Positions 49,550-57,626 of a DNA stretch of 64,000 nucleotides are shown here, one piece after another; position 1 is the first letter of the stretch; each line of letters starts with the position of its first letter. This DNA is from an uncultured Eubacteriales bacterium (lineage in GTDB: Bacteria > Bacillota > Clostridia > Oscillospirales > Oscillospiraceae). The stretch is from assembly GCA_900549545.1 (NCBI GenBank), contig URPA01000001.1, positions 27,275-91,274 of the forward strand, in the 5' to 3' direction. The translations under genes were made by a program, and so were the position numbers. Below the pieces are notes generated by a model. The model searched no databases and had not been told where the DNA came from. It was given only the letters and a program-made list of their open reading frames with translations.

Positions 49550-50293
49550 ATGAAAAGCTTTGGCATAACCGACAAGGGCCAGTACAGAGCCGATAATCAG
49601 GACAGCTTCATAATTGAAAAGTGCGACGCGCAAAACTGCCTGATCGCCGCGCTATGTGACGGCATGGGCGGGGCAAAGGCCGGCGGCCTTGCAAGCCAGC
49701 TTTCAAACAAGGCCTTCGTCTCCTATGTTTACGCAAAGCTCACCTCCAGAGTCAAGCGCAGCATCAACCCCGAGCGCATGCTCAAGGACGCCTGCGCCGA
49801 GGCAAACGGCGTTGCCTATGAATACTCTCAGTTTGATGAGGAGTTCAGCGGCATGGGCACAACGATTGTCGGCGGTGTGATAAAGAACGACGGCAGCGGT
49901 TATATTATAAATGTCGGCGACAGCCGGGCATACAGAATATCGCGGCGCAGCGGTATCAGCCAGATAACCCGGGACCACTCACTGGTGGAGGATCTCGTCG
50001 AATTTGGCGCGATAACCCGAGAGCAGGCGCGAAACCACCCCCAAAAGAATGTCATAACCCGCGCGCTGGGCTCCGATGCCACGGTGGAGGCGGACTATTT
50101 CGAGTTCAAGCTCAGAAGCGGCGATGTGCTGCTGCTCTGCTCTGACGGGCTATCAAACATCGTTACCGATGAGGAGATGCTCGAGCAGGTCAGGGAGACA
50201 AACGAACCGGAATACCTCTGCCGGGCGCTGATGGACATGGCCCTTGAGCGGGGGGCAAGAGACAATGTCACCGTCGTGGCGGTGACGCGATAA
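49550..50293 (+). CDS. prpC: PP2C-type Ser/Thr phosphatase (Stp/PrpC)
   Basis: PP2C motifs (DGMGG, GDSRAY). Confidence 0.85.
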   Translation: MKSFGITDKGQYRADNQDSFIIEKCDAQNCLIAALCDGMGGAKAGGLASQLSNKAFVSYVYAKLTSRVKRSINPERMLKDACAEANGVAYEYSQFDEEFSGMGTTIVGGVIKNDGSGYIINVGDSRAYRISRRSGISQITRDHSLVEDLVEFGAITREQARNHPQKNVITRALGSDATVEADYFEFKLRSGDVLLLCSDGLSNIVTDEEMLEQVRETNEPEYLCRALMDMALERGARDNVTVVAVTR

Positions 50294-51967
50294 ATGGAGA
50301 AGCATATGGATACTAACGATAAATATATCGGCAAGGTACTCGACGAGAGATACCGCATACAGAGCGTTATCGGCGAGGGCGGCATGGCCATGGTCTATAA
50401 GGCCACCGACCTGCGCCTTGACCGCAGCGTCGCGGTGAAGATAATGCGCGATGAGATGGCGGATGATGAGGAGTTTCGCTCCCGCTTCTGCGCGGAGTCG
50501 CACGCTGTCGCGATGCTCTCGCACCCCAATATTGTCGCGGTATACGATGTCAGCCACAGTGACGCTATGGAATACATAGTGATGGAGCTGGTAGACGGGA
50601 TAACCCTCAAGCAGTATATCGACCGCAAAGGGGCGCTTGCGTGGAAAGAGGCGCTGCATTTTGCCCGCCAGATAGCAAAGGCCCTGTCACACGCCCATGA
50701 GCGCGGCATCATCCACCGGGATATTAAGCCCCAGAACATCATGCTTTTGCGCGACGGGACCATCAAGGTCGGGGACTTTGGCATTGCCGCTCTTGAAAAT
50801 GAGATACACGAGGAGAACGGCCAGGCTATCGGTTCTATTCACTATATCGCACCCGAGCAGGCGAGGGGAGAATTTCCCGACGCGAGAAGCGATATATATT
50901 CCCTCGGCGTTGTGATGTATGAAATGCTCACGGGCGAAAAGCCCTATGTGGGCGAAACTCTTGGCGAGATTGCCGTTCAGCACATGAACGCGCAGCCTGT
51001 GCCGCCGCACGAAAAAAAGGCCGACATTCCGCCCGAGCTTGAGCGCATTACCCTCAAGGCCATGAACGCGGATATTGCCGAGCGCTATCAGACCGCCGGT
51101 GAGCTGCTGGAAGACCTTGACAAGTTCGGCGCGGCCCAGCACCCGGATGAGCCGGATGAGCCGGAGCCTGTTGCACCTATAAAGACGAAGGAGCTCACAA
51201 AGAAAAAGTTCGTCCGCCGCAGAAGAAGGGCGGGGAAGGTCAGCTTTCTCACGGGCGTGTTTGCAGCGCTCGTGTCGGCGCTGCTGCTGTTCGCGTTTCT
51301 GTGGAACTTCTGGCTTGGCGATATTTTTGCCGAGGCTGAGCGGGTGGAGCTGCCGAACTTCGTTGGCATGGATTACAGCGCCATCACCTCTAATTCCGAG
51401 TACGCCTCCATGTATAATTTCAATGTGATTTTTGTGGTCGACCCCGAGGCCCAGCCCGGTGTCGTCACGGAGCAGAGCCCCAATGCCGGGCGCAGCATGA
51501 TGCTCACACCGAGCGGCATCGAGGTGGAGCTGACGGTCAGCACCAATGAGTCTGTGGCTCCGGTCCCCGGCGTCAACGGTATGGATTACAGGGATGCCGT
51601 GAACACCATGTATCAGGTAGGCTTTAATGTTGAGATAGAGAACACCCTTTCCGACGAGTTTACAAGGGATACCGTTATCAGCACAAGCCCCAATCAGGGC
51701 GAGGAGATGAGCATCGGCACGGTTATATATATGACCGTCAGCAGTGGCAGCGAGATACGCCAGGTGTCCGTGCCGAACTTTATCGGCCTTGACGAGAACA
51801 CCGCCGCCGCTCAGATACTGGGCGCGGGACTCGTCTATGGCGGCAGTCAGCGCGTCCAGAGCGACCTTGACGCGGGCACGGTCATTGACCAGAGCGTCGC
51901 GGCGTTTACAAGCGTGGAGGAGCGGTCAAAGGTGGTGCTCACCGTTTCCGCCGGTGCGGAGGGCTGA
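50294..51967 (+). CDS. prkC: Ser/Thr protein kinase PrkC with C-terminal PASTA repeats
   Basis: Hanks kinase motifs (HRDIKPQN, DFGIA) plus three PASTA-like repeats following a transmembrane helix. Confidence 0.9.
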   Translation: MEKHMDTNDKYIGKVLDERYRIQSVIGEGGMAMVYKATDLRLDRSVAVKIMRDEMADDEEFRSRFCAESHAVAMLSHPNIVAVYDVSHSDAMEYIVMELVDGITLKQYIDRKGALAWKEALHFARQIAKALSHAHERGIIHRDIKPQNIMLLRDGTIKVGDFGIAALENEIHEENGQAIGSIHYIAPEQARGEFPDARSDIYSLGVVMYEMLTGEKPYVGETLGEIAVQHMNAQPVPPHEKKADIPPELERITLKAMNADIAERYQTAGELLEDLDKFGAAQHPDEPDEPEPVAPIKTKELTKKKFVRRRRRAGKVSFLTGVFAALVSALLLFAFLWNFWLGDIFAEAERVELPNFVGMDYSAITSNSEYASMYNFNVIFVVDPEAQPGVVTEQSPNAGRSMMLTPSGIEVELTVSTNESVAPVPGVNGMDYRDAVNTMYQVGFNVEIENTLSDEFTRDTVISTSPNQGEEMSIGTVIYMTVSSGSEIRQVSVPNFIGLDENTAAAQILGAGLVYGGSQRVQSDLDAGTVIDQSVAAFTSVEERSKVVLTVSAGAEG

Positions 51968-52854
51968 TGGCAAGGGGCGTTATTATAAAGGCCTTGAGCG
52001 GCTTTTACTATGTGCAGACTGAGCAGGGCGTTATCGCCTGCCGCGCCAGAGGCAGATTCAGGGCCGACGGGACATCTCCCCTCGTCGGTGACAGAGTGAG
52101 CGTCCTCATTGAGGGCAGCGGAAAGGGCCGGGTAGAGAGCGTTGAGCCACGGCGCAACTGGTTCGTGCGCCCGGCGGTTGCGAATGTTGACGCGATAGTC
52201 TTTGCCGCGGCCAACACAAACCCGGTGACAGACCCGTTTTTGATTGACCGTGTGTCGGTTATCGCGGGCGCTGCCGGGTGTGAGCTTATTGTCTGCATCA
52301 ACAAAACAGATATTGACGCGGCGGAGGAGCTGTATGATATCTACTCCAAAGCCGGCTTTACCGTCATCCGCACCAGCGCCGAGACCGGCGAGGGGATAGA
52401 CGCGCTGCGTGAGGCTCTGCAAGGCAAGGTCAGCGCCTTCACCGGTAACTCCGGCGTTGGAAAATCCAGCCTGATCAACCGCCTGCTGCCCGATGCGGAT
52501 ATACCGACGGGGGAGGTCAGCGACAGGCTTGGCCGCGGCAAGCACACCACCCGCCATGTGGAGCTTTACGCGCTTAATAACGACAGCTTTGTAGCGGACA
52601 CACCGGGCTTTGCTTCCTTTGATATTGAGATGATGCAGCCTATCGCCAAGGAGGAGCTTCAGCATCTTTTCATCGAGTTTGAGCCGTACATAGGCCGCTG
52701 CCGCTTTGCCGACTGCGCCCATCTGAAGGAGCCGGACTGCGCTGTGACCCGCGCGGTCGCCGCGGGGGAGATATCCGAAGTGAGGTATAAATCCTATGAG
52801 CGGCTGTATGACTTGACAGCGCGCCGCCTGCCGTGGGAGATAAAAGAAAAATAA
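51967..52854 (+). CDS. rsgA: ribosome small-subunit-dependent GTPase A
   Basis: RsgA/YloQ family with G motifs (GNSGVGKSSL) and a C-terminal zinc cluster (CRFADCAHLKEPDC). Confidence 0.85.
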   Translation: MARGVIIKALSGFYYVQTEQGVIACRARGRFRADGTSPLVGDRVSVLIEGSGKGRVESVEPRRNWFVRPAVANVDAIVFAAANTNPVTDPFLIDRVSVIAGAAGCELIVCINKTDIDAAEELYDIYSKAGFTVIRTSAETGEGIDALREALQGKVSAFTGNSGVGKSSLINRLLPDADIPTGEVSDRLGRGKHTTRHVELYALNNDSFVADTPGFASFDIEMMQPIAKEELQHLFIEFEPYIGRCRFADCAHLKEPDCAVTRAVAAGEISEVRYKSYERLYDLTARRLPWEIKEK

Positions 52855-52959
52855 GCTTTCAAAGCCGAAGCCAACGAGCTTCGGCTTTTGCATATAATAT
52901 GGTCATTTTTTGCCGCCTGCTGCGTATAATGAATTGATTATACGGAGGGGGCGGTTATT

Positions 52960-53109
52960 TTGCGAAAAGGTAAGGGAGGCTTATTTGGCTGCATCGCCAT
53001 TTTTGCCGGGATAATAATCATTTTGTCGCTGGTACTGCCCACATCGTTCTGGTGGTTCATACTTGCGGCGGCGCTTATCGCATTCGGAATATGGTATATT
53101 AGATGTTAG
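52960..53109 (+). CDS. hypothetical 49-aa hydrophobic peptide (TTG start, speculative)
   Basis: GGAGGGGG Shine-Dalgarno 8 nt upstream of TTG 52960. The product LRKGKGGLFGCIAIFAGIIIILSLVLPTSFWWFILAAALIAFGIWYIRC would span two transmembrane helices. Not in the ORF track. Confidence 0.3.
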   Translation: MRKGKGGLFGCIAIFAGIIIILSLVLPTSFWWFILAAALIAFGIWYIRC

Positions 53110-53246
53110 GGAGGGTTTAGGATGAAGATTTATGTGTTTCGGCTGCCCCGGTTTCTGGCGCGCATCATTGAGGGCATACGCAGAGGGTAATAACAGCGCC
53201 TTCGGGCGCATATGCTGTACAAACTGTGCAGCAAGGAGAATAGACT

Positions 53247-54740
53247 ATGGAAATAAACTTTGAAAATAAGACGGTCGGCGCGTACAGGGAGGTTTTTCAT
53301 CAGATAAAGCGCATACAGGAGAGTGCGGAGAGCGTTGTCCCCGACACAAATGACGATATCGGCAGGGTGGCCTCGGTTCAAACCTCTGTGTTGCTCAAGA
53401 GCAAGGAGCTTACCTCCCGGGGCGTCAGCGTGACAGGGGAGATCTGCGCGGCGCTTATGTACATAACTGAGGGCGAGAACGCGGTGTCCTTCGTGCGCAT
53501 TAACAAGAGCTTTGAGCTTGAATATGAAATGGGCGAAATGGAGGGCGATATCAGGGCGCAGATTGCCCTGAGCGTCACAAACTGTGAGGCGAGGGTCATA
53601 AACCCGCGAAAGGTCTCCGTCACGGTGGAGCTTGCCGGGGAGCTGAGCTGCTACCGGCAGGAGACTGTCGCCGTGGAGACTCTGCTGCCCGAAGGCGGCT
53701 GCGAGGGCCTGCACGCCAAGTTTGAGACAATAGAGGCCGTGATAGCAAACGCCGTGTGTGAAAAGACCTTCGCCCTAAATGAGCAGTTCACCATCCCCCG
53801 CGAAAAACCGCTTCCGGCGCAGATAATATCCCAAAAGGCGGAGTTTTGCGTCAGCGAAACACAGCATGTCGGCACAAAGGCGGTCATAAAAGGCAGTCTT
53901 GAGCTTGAAATCTGCTACCTCGCCGCAGATGGAGCTTATCCGGTCACAACGGCGTTTTCTTCGCCGTTTTCCCAGATAATTGACACCGCCGAGGAGGAGA
54001 TGGACGGCTGCACCGTGATGATAGAGCTGACCTCGGCATACTTCGAGCTTATCGACACCATAAACGGCGATAAGGCCGTCGACGCGGAGATACACGCCGT
54101 TTTGCAGCTTGTGAGCCGCCGCCGCAGGGAGGTGAGCTTCATATCGGACGCTTACAGCAATCTCATGAGCGCCGAATGTGCATCCCAGAGCAGCCAGCTT
54201 ACGCTTGCCTCCGGCATGGAGACGCTGAGGCTTGGTAAGGAGGAGCGGATAAGCGTCGCAGAGGATTGCGCGGATGTGCTCTGCGTGCTGGGAACTTTGA
54301 GCCAGCAGACGGCGGGTGGCGGCAAATGCTCCGCCTCAGTCGCACTGGATATAATCTACCGCACGGAGGCGGGGAGCCTATCCGCCGTGCGCCGCGCTGT
54401 GGCTTTGGAAGGGGACTGTCAGGATACGCCTATGCGCGTAATCTCCTCACGGCTCACCGGGCTCTATCTCAGGCCCAGCGGCGGCGAGATTGACAGCCGC
54501 ATAAGCGCGGAGCTGTATTGCCAGAGCAGCCGGTATGCGGATATAACACGGGTAGGCACAGTGACTCTCAGCGAGGAGGACGCGGTCGATTGGGCGGCAC
54601 TCCCGGCAGTGAGTATTGTGCGCATGGAGGGCGAGAGCCTCTGGGAGCTTGCAAAGCAGTATCACTCCTGCGAGGACGCCATTGCCGCCATGAATCCCGA
54701 GGAGACAGCTCAGATGCTTTTGATTCCAAAGCAGATTTGA
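53247..54740 (+). CDS. DUF3794-like protein with a C-terminal LysM domain, a SipL/SpoVID-like sporulation protein (tentative)
   Basis: 497 aa. The C-terminal segment SIVRMEGESLWELAKQYHSCEDAIAAMNPEE is LysM-like. The N-terminal two-thirds resembles DUF3794 of clostridial SipL. Confidence 0.5.
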   Translation: MEINFENKTVGAYREVFHQIKRIQESAESVVPDTNDDIGRVASVQTSVLLKSKELTSRGVSVTGEICAALMYITEGENAVSFVRINKSFELEYEMGEMEGDIRAQIALSVTNCEARVINPRKVSVTVELAGELSCYRQETVAVETLLPEGGCEGLHAKFETIEAVIANAVCEKTFALNEQFTIPREKPLPAQIISQKAEFCVSETQHVGTKAVIKGSLELEICYLAADGAYPVTTAFSSPFSQIIDTAEEEMDGCTVMIELTSAYFELIDTINGDKAVDAEIHAVLQLVSRRRREVSFISDAYSNLMSAECASQSSQLTLASGMETLRLGKEERISVAEDCADVLCVLGTLSQQTAGGGKCSASVALDIIYRTEAGSLSAVRRAVALEGDCQDTPMRVISSRLTGLYLRPSGGEIDSRISAELYCQSSRYADITRVGTVTLSEEDAVDWAALPAVSIVRMEGESLWELAKQYHSCEDAIAAMNPEETAQMLLIPKQI

Positions 54741-54841
54741 GAATTTTGCTCTTGTCATATTGGCGTTCCCGTGTTAAAATATTAAACTGAAATTACATTG
54801 CGTGCTAAGCGTGTTATGAATACAAAAGAGGAGATGCTTAT

Positions 54842-55582
54842 ATGTCGGGACATTCCAAATGGCACAATATACAGAAAACCAAGGGAGCGGCTGACGCGAA
54901 GCGTGCGCAGACCTTTACCAAGATCGCAAGAGAAATGATCGTTGCCGTCAAGGAAGGCGGCGGCGGTGATCCGCGCAGCAATTCCAGGCTCGCGGCCGTC
55001 ATTGCCAAGGCGAAGGCTGCCAACATGCCCAACGATAATATAAAGCGCACCATTGATAAGGCTCTGGGCGCCGGAAACACCGAGAACTACGAGAAGATAG
55101 TCTATGAAGGCTACGGTCCCTGCGGCGTCGCGGTCATTGTTGAGACGATGACCGATAACCGCAACCGCACCGCCGGTGAGATGCGCCATTATTTTGATAA
55201 GTACGGCGGAAACATGGGCGCTGCCAACTGCGTGTCCTGGTCCTTTGACAAGAAGGGCGTCATCGTCATTGACAATGAGGATGAGGAGCTCGATGAGGAC
55301 ACCGTGATGATGGACGCTCTGGATGCCGGCGCTGCCGACTTCGAGGCTGACGGCGAGGTTATGACCGTCTACACCGGTGTTGACGATGTCGCCGCCGTGT
55401 CCGACGCGCTCACCGAGAAGGGCTATAAGCTCCTTTCCGCTCAGGTTGAGATGCTGCCCCAGAACGGCTATATCAAGCTCACCAATGAGGACGATATCAA
55501 GAACATGCAGAAGATGCTGGATATGTTCGAGGATAACGACGATGTCCAGAACGTCTGGCACAACTGGGAGGACGCTGAGTAA
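54842..55582 (+). CDS. yebC: YebC/PmpR-family transcriptional regulator
   Basis: N-terminal MSGHSKWHNIQKTKG, characteristic of the family. Confidence 0.9.
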   Translation: MSGHSKWHNIQKTKGAADAKRAQTFTKIAREMIVAVKEGGGGDPRSNSRLAAVIAKAKAANMPNDNIKRTIDKALGAGNTENYEKIVYEGYGPCGVAVIVETMTDNRNRTAGEMRHYFDKYGGNMGAANCVSWSFDKKGVIVIDNEDEELDEDTVMMDALDAGAADFEADGEVMTVYTGVDDVAAVSDALTEKGYKLLSAQVEMLPQNGYIKLTNEDDIKNMQKMLDMFEDNDDVQNVWHNWEDAE

Positions 55583-55599
55583 GCACCTTTGTAGATTTG

Positions 55600-55628
55600 A
55601 AAAAGCCCCGCTTGGCGGGGCTTTTTTC
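55600..55628 (+). terminator. rho-independent terminator after yebC
   Basis: aaaagccccgc-ttgg-cggggctttt stem-loop followed by a T run. Confidence 0.7.
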
Positions 55629-55663
55629 GGTACCGACAGAATATAAAAAAGCCTCGCAGAGTT

Positions 55664-55835
55664 CGCCAACCGAAGTTGGCGAATAAAGTTAAAATAAGTT
55701 TTTCCCGGGGGCGTGTACCTCGGGAAAAACACTTTGCACGGAGAGAGTGCATTTTTGCCCTCCCACAGTGGGCAAAAATGCGCGGTTCGGAGTGAAACTC
55801 ATTTTTTGTAGACAAAGGCGTTGCCTTTGTCTACA
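55664..55835. other. array of four unrelated perfect hairpins in the yebC-smpB intergenic region
   Basis: Four perfect hairpins. cgccaac-cgaa-gttggcg at 55664-55681. gtttttcccg-N13-cgggaaaaac at 55699-55730. gcatttttgccc-N9-gggcaaaaatgc at 55749-55781. tgtagacaaaggc-gtt-gcctttgtctaca at 55807-55835. Confidence 0.6.
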
Positions 55836-55840
55836 AGTGA

Positions 55841-55867
55841 AAAAAGCCCCGCTTTGCGGGGCTTTTT
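55841..55867 (+). terminator. rho-independent terminator upstream of smpB
   Basis: aaaaagccccgc-tttg-cggggcttttt stem-loop followed by a T run. Confidence 0.65.
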
Positions 55868-55938
55868 CGCGTTTACAAATTATACTTTTATTCCATGATA
55901 AAATGTGGTAGAATACAGCGAAAGGATGTGAAAGCGCC

Positions 55939-56406
55939 GTGCCGAAGCAGCAGGGAATCAAAAAAATAGCGGACAACCGCAAGGCATTTCATGACTACTT
56001 TGTGCTTGAGCGCTTTGAGGCGGGCATCGAGCTTGCCGGGACGGAGGTTAAATCCATCCGCGCTGGGCAGGTCAATCTGAAGGACGCTTTTTGCACCGTG
56101 AAGGATGGGGAGCTTTTCGTGCGCGGCATGCACATCAGCCCCTATGAGCACGGCAACATCTTTAATAAAGACCCGGTCCGCCCGCGCAGGCTTTTGATGC
56201 ACAAGCGCGAGATTTTGAAGCTCCAGGCCCGCGTCATGCAGGACGGCGTTGCCCTTATCCCGCTCTCGCTGTATTTCAAGGACAGCCGCGTGAAGGTGGA
56301 GCTCGGCCTCTGCAAGGGCAAAAAGAACTATGACAAGCGCGAGAGCGAAGCGGACAGGCAGTCCAAACGCGATATAGACAGAATAATGAAAGAGAGGAAC
56401 ATGTAA
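55939..56406 (+). CDS. smpB: SsrA-binding protein SmpB
   Basis: SmpB family ([23 protein letters not shown]). GTG start. Confidence 0.9.
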   Translation: MPKQQGIKKIADNRKAFHDYFVLERFEAGIELAGTEVKSIRAGQVNLKDAFCTVKDGELFVRGMHISPYEHGNIFNKDPVRPRRLLMHKREILKLQARVMQDGVALIPLSLYFKDSRVKVELGLCKGKKNYDKRESEADRQSKRDIDRIMKERNM

Positions 56407-56925
56407 ATGTCAAATCCCATTGTCACCATCGAGATGGAAAACGGCGATGTCATCAAGGCGGAGCTCTATCCCGAAACCGCACCTAACACCGTCAATAACT
56501 TCATCTCCCTCATCAATAAGGGCTATTATAACGGCCTTATCTTCCACAGAGTCATCCCCGGCTTCATGATTCAGGGCGGCGACCCCAAGGGCACCGGCAC
56601 CGGCGGCCCCGGATACAGCATCAAGGGTGAGTTTGACGCAAACGGCGTGAAAAACCCCGTAAAACACACCCGCGGTGTGCTCTCCATGGCCCGCACCATG
56701 GCCCCCAACTCTGCCGGCAGCCAGTTTTTCATCATGCACGAGGACGCGCCCCATCTTGACGGGCAGTATGCCGCCTTTGGCAAGGTCATCGAGGGCATTG
56801 AGGCCGTCGACAACATCTGCGCCGTGCGCACGGATTATAACGACAAGCCCCGCACGCCCCAGCGCATGAAGACTGTCACCGTTGACACCTTCGGCGTTGA
56901 GTACCCCGAGCCTGTAAAGGCCTGA
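56407..56925 (+). CDS. cyclophilin-type peptidyl-prolyl cis-trans isomerase
   Basis: Cyclophilin motifs (FHRVIPGFMIQGGDP, FFI). Confidence 0.85.
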   Translation: MSNPIVTIEMENGDVIKAELYPETAPNTVNNFISLINKGYYNGLIFHRVIPGFMIQGGDPKGTGTGGPGYSIKGEFDANGVKNPVKHTRGVLSMARTMAPNSAGSQFFIMHEDAPHLDGQYAAFGKVIEGIEAVDNICAVRTDYNDKPRTPQRMKTVTVDTFGVEYPEPVKA

Positions 56926-56949
56926 GCCACGGCGCCCCAACACATCAAC

Positions 56950-56973
56950 AAACGGGTCTTTGACCCGTTTTAT
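56950..56973 (+). terminator. terminator after the PPIase gene
   Basis: aacgggt-ctttg-acccgtt stem-loop followed by TTAT. Confidence 0.5.
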
Positions 56974-56975
56974 AT

Positions 56976-57325
56976 GGGGATGTAACGGTTTCGACGGGGG
57001 CGCGGAGGCAGAAATAGCGGGCGGATGCGCCTACCATCCATAAAATGGGCAGCTTTTATAAATTAAAGAACGACGATAATACTGTTCTTCTCGCTGCTTA
57101 ATTAGCGAGCGTCTGACCCGGGAGGACCACGGCCCGGGATCGGGCGTCGATTAGTGGTGCCCGTGAGTGCGCAAAGCTTTGAGCGCACCACGCATAATGA
57201 AGCTACCAAGCCCCGCAGCGTGACGGCCTGCGGCGGGGTGAGGGAATGTAAATGACCGTCTGCGCCCGGAGAAGTTTCTGTTAAAGTACTTTCGGACGGG
57301 GGTTCAACTCCCCCCATCTCCACCA
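56976..57325 (+). ncRNA. ssrA: tmRNA (SsrA), one-piece
   Basis: 5' GGGGAUGUAACGGUUUCGACGGGGG pairs with the 3' tRNA-like end GGACGGGGGUUCAACUCCCCCCAUCUCCACCA. An internal tag reading frame ends in LAA-stop. Immediately downstream of smpB. Confidence 0.85.
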
Positions 57326-57326
57326 A

Positions 57327-57365
57327 AACAAAAATCCGTTCTCGACAGAGAGCGGATTTTTGTTT
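57327..57365 (+). terminator. terminator after tmRNA
   Basis: aatccgttctc-gacag-agagcggatt stem-loop followed by TTTTGTTTTG. Confidence 0.55.
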
Positions 57366-57370
57366 TGTAT

Positions 57371-57456
57371 TCTTCATTTTTCATTATTCAATATTCATCA
57401 TTCATTAAAACGGATTTTCGTAATGAAGAATGAATAATGAATAATAAATAATGAAG
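57371..57456. repeat. AT-rich inverted repeat built from heptad (aatgaat/attcatt) tandem units
   Basis: The left arm tcttcatttttcattattcaatattcatcattcatt is roughly the reverse complement of the right arm aatgaagaatgaataatgaataataaataatgaag. The two arms are separated by a 15-nt segment, aaaacggattttcgt. Confidence 0.6.
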
Positions 57457-57626
57457 CCGCTTCGCTGATGAATAATTATATTATCCGTCAGGATATCATT
57501 TAACTCAGCAGAATAAAAGCATTCAACTGCCACAAAGTTAACAAAGCAAAATATGCGTTTTCACTTGATGCTTGTACAGATTGCATATATAATAGAAAAC
57601 AAATATCAAAAAATGAGGAGCTGCAT

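Noticed and set aside
57102-57377. 91-aa minus-strand ORF overlapping tmRNA
   Set aside because: It lies inside the ssrA gene and its terminator. The tmRNA structure explains the sequence.
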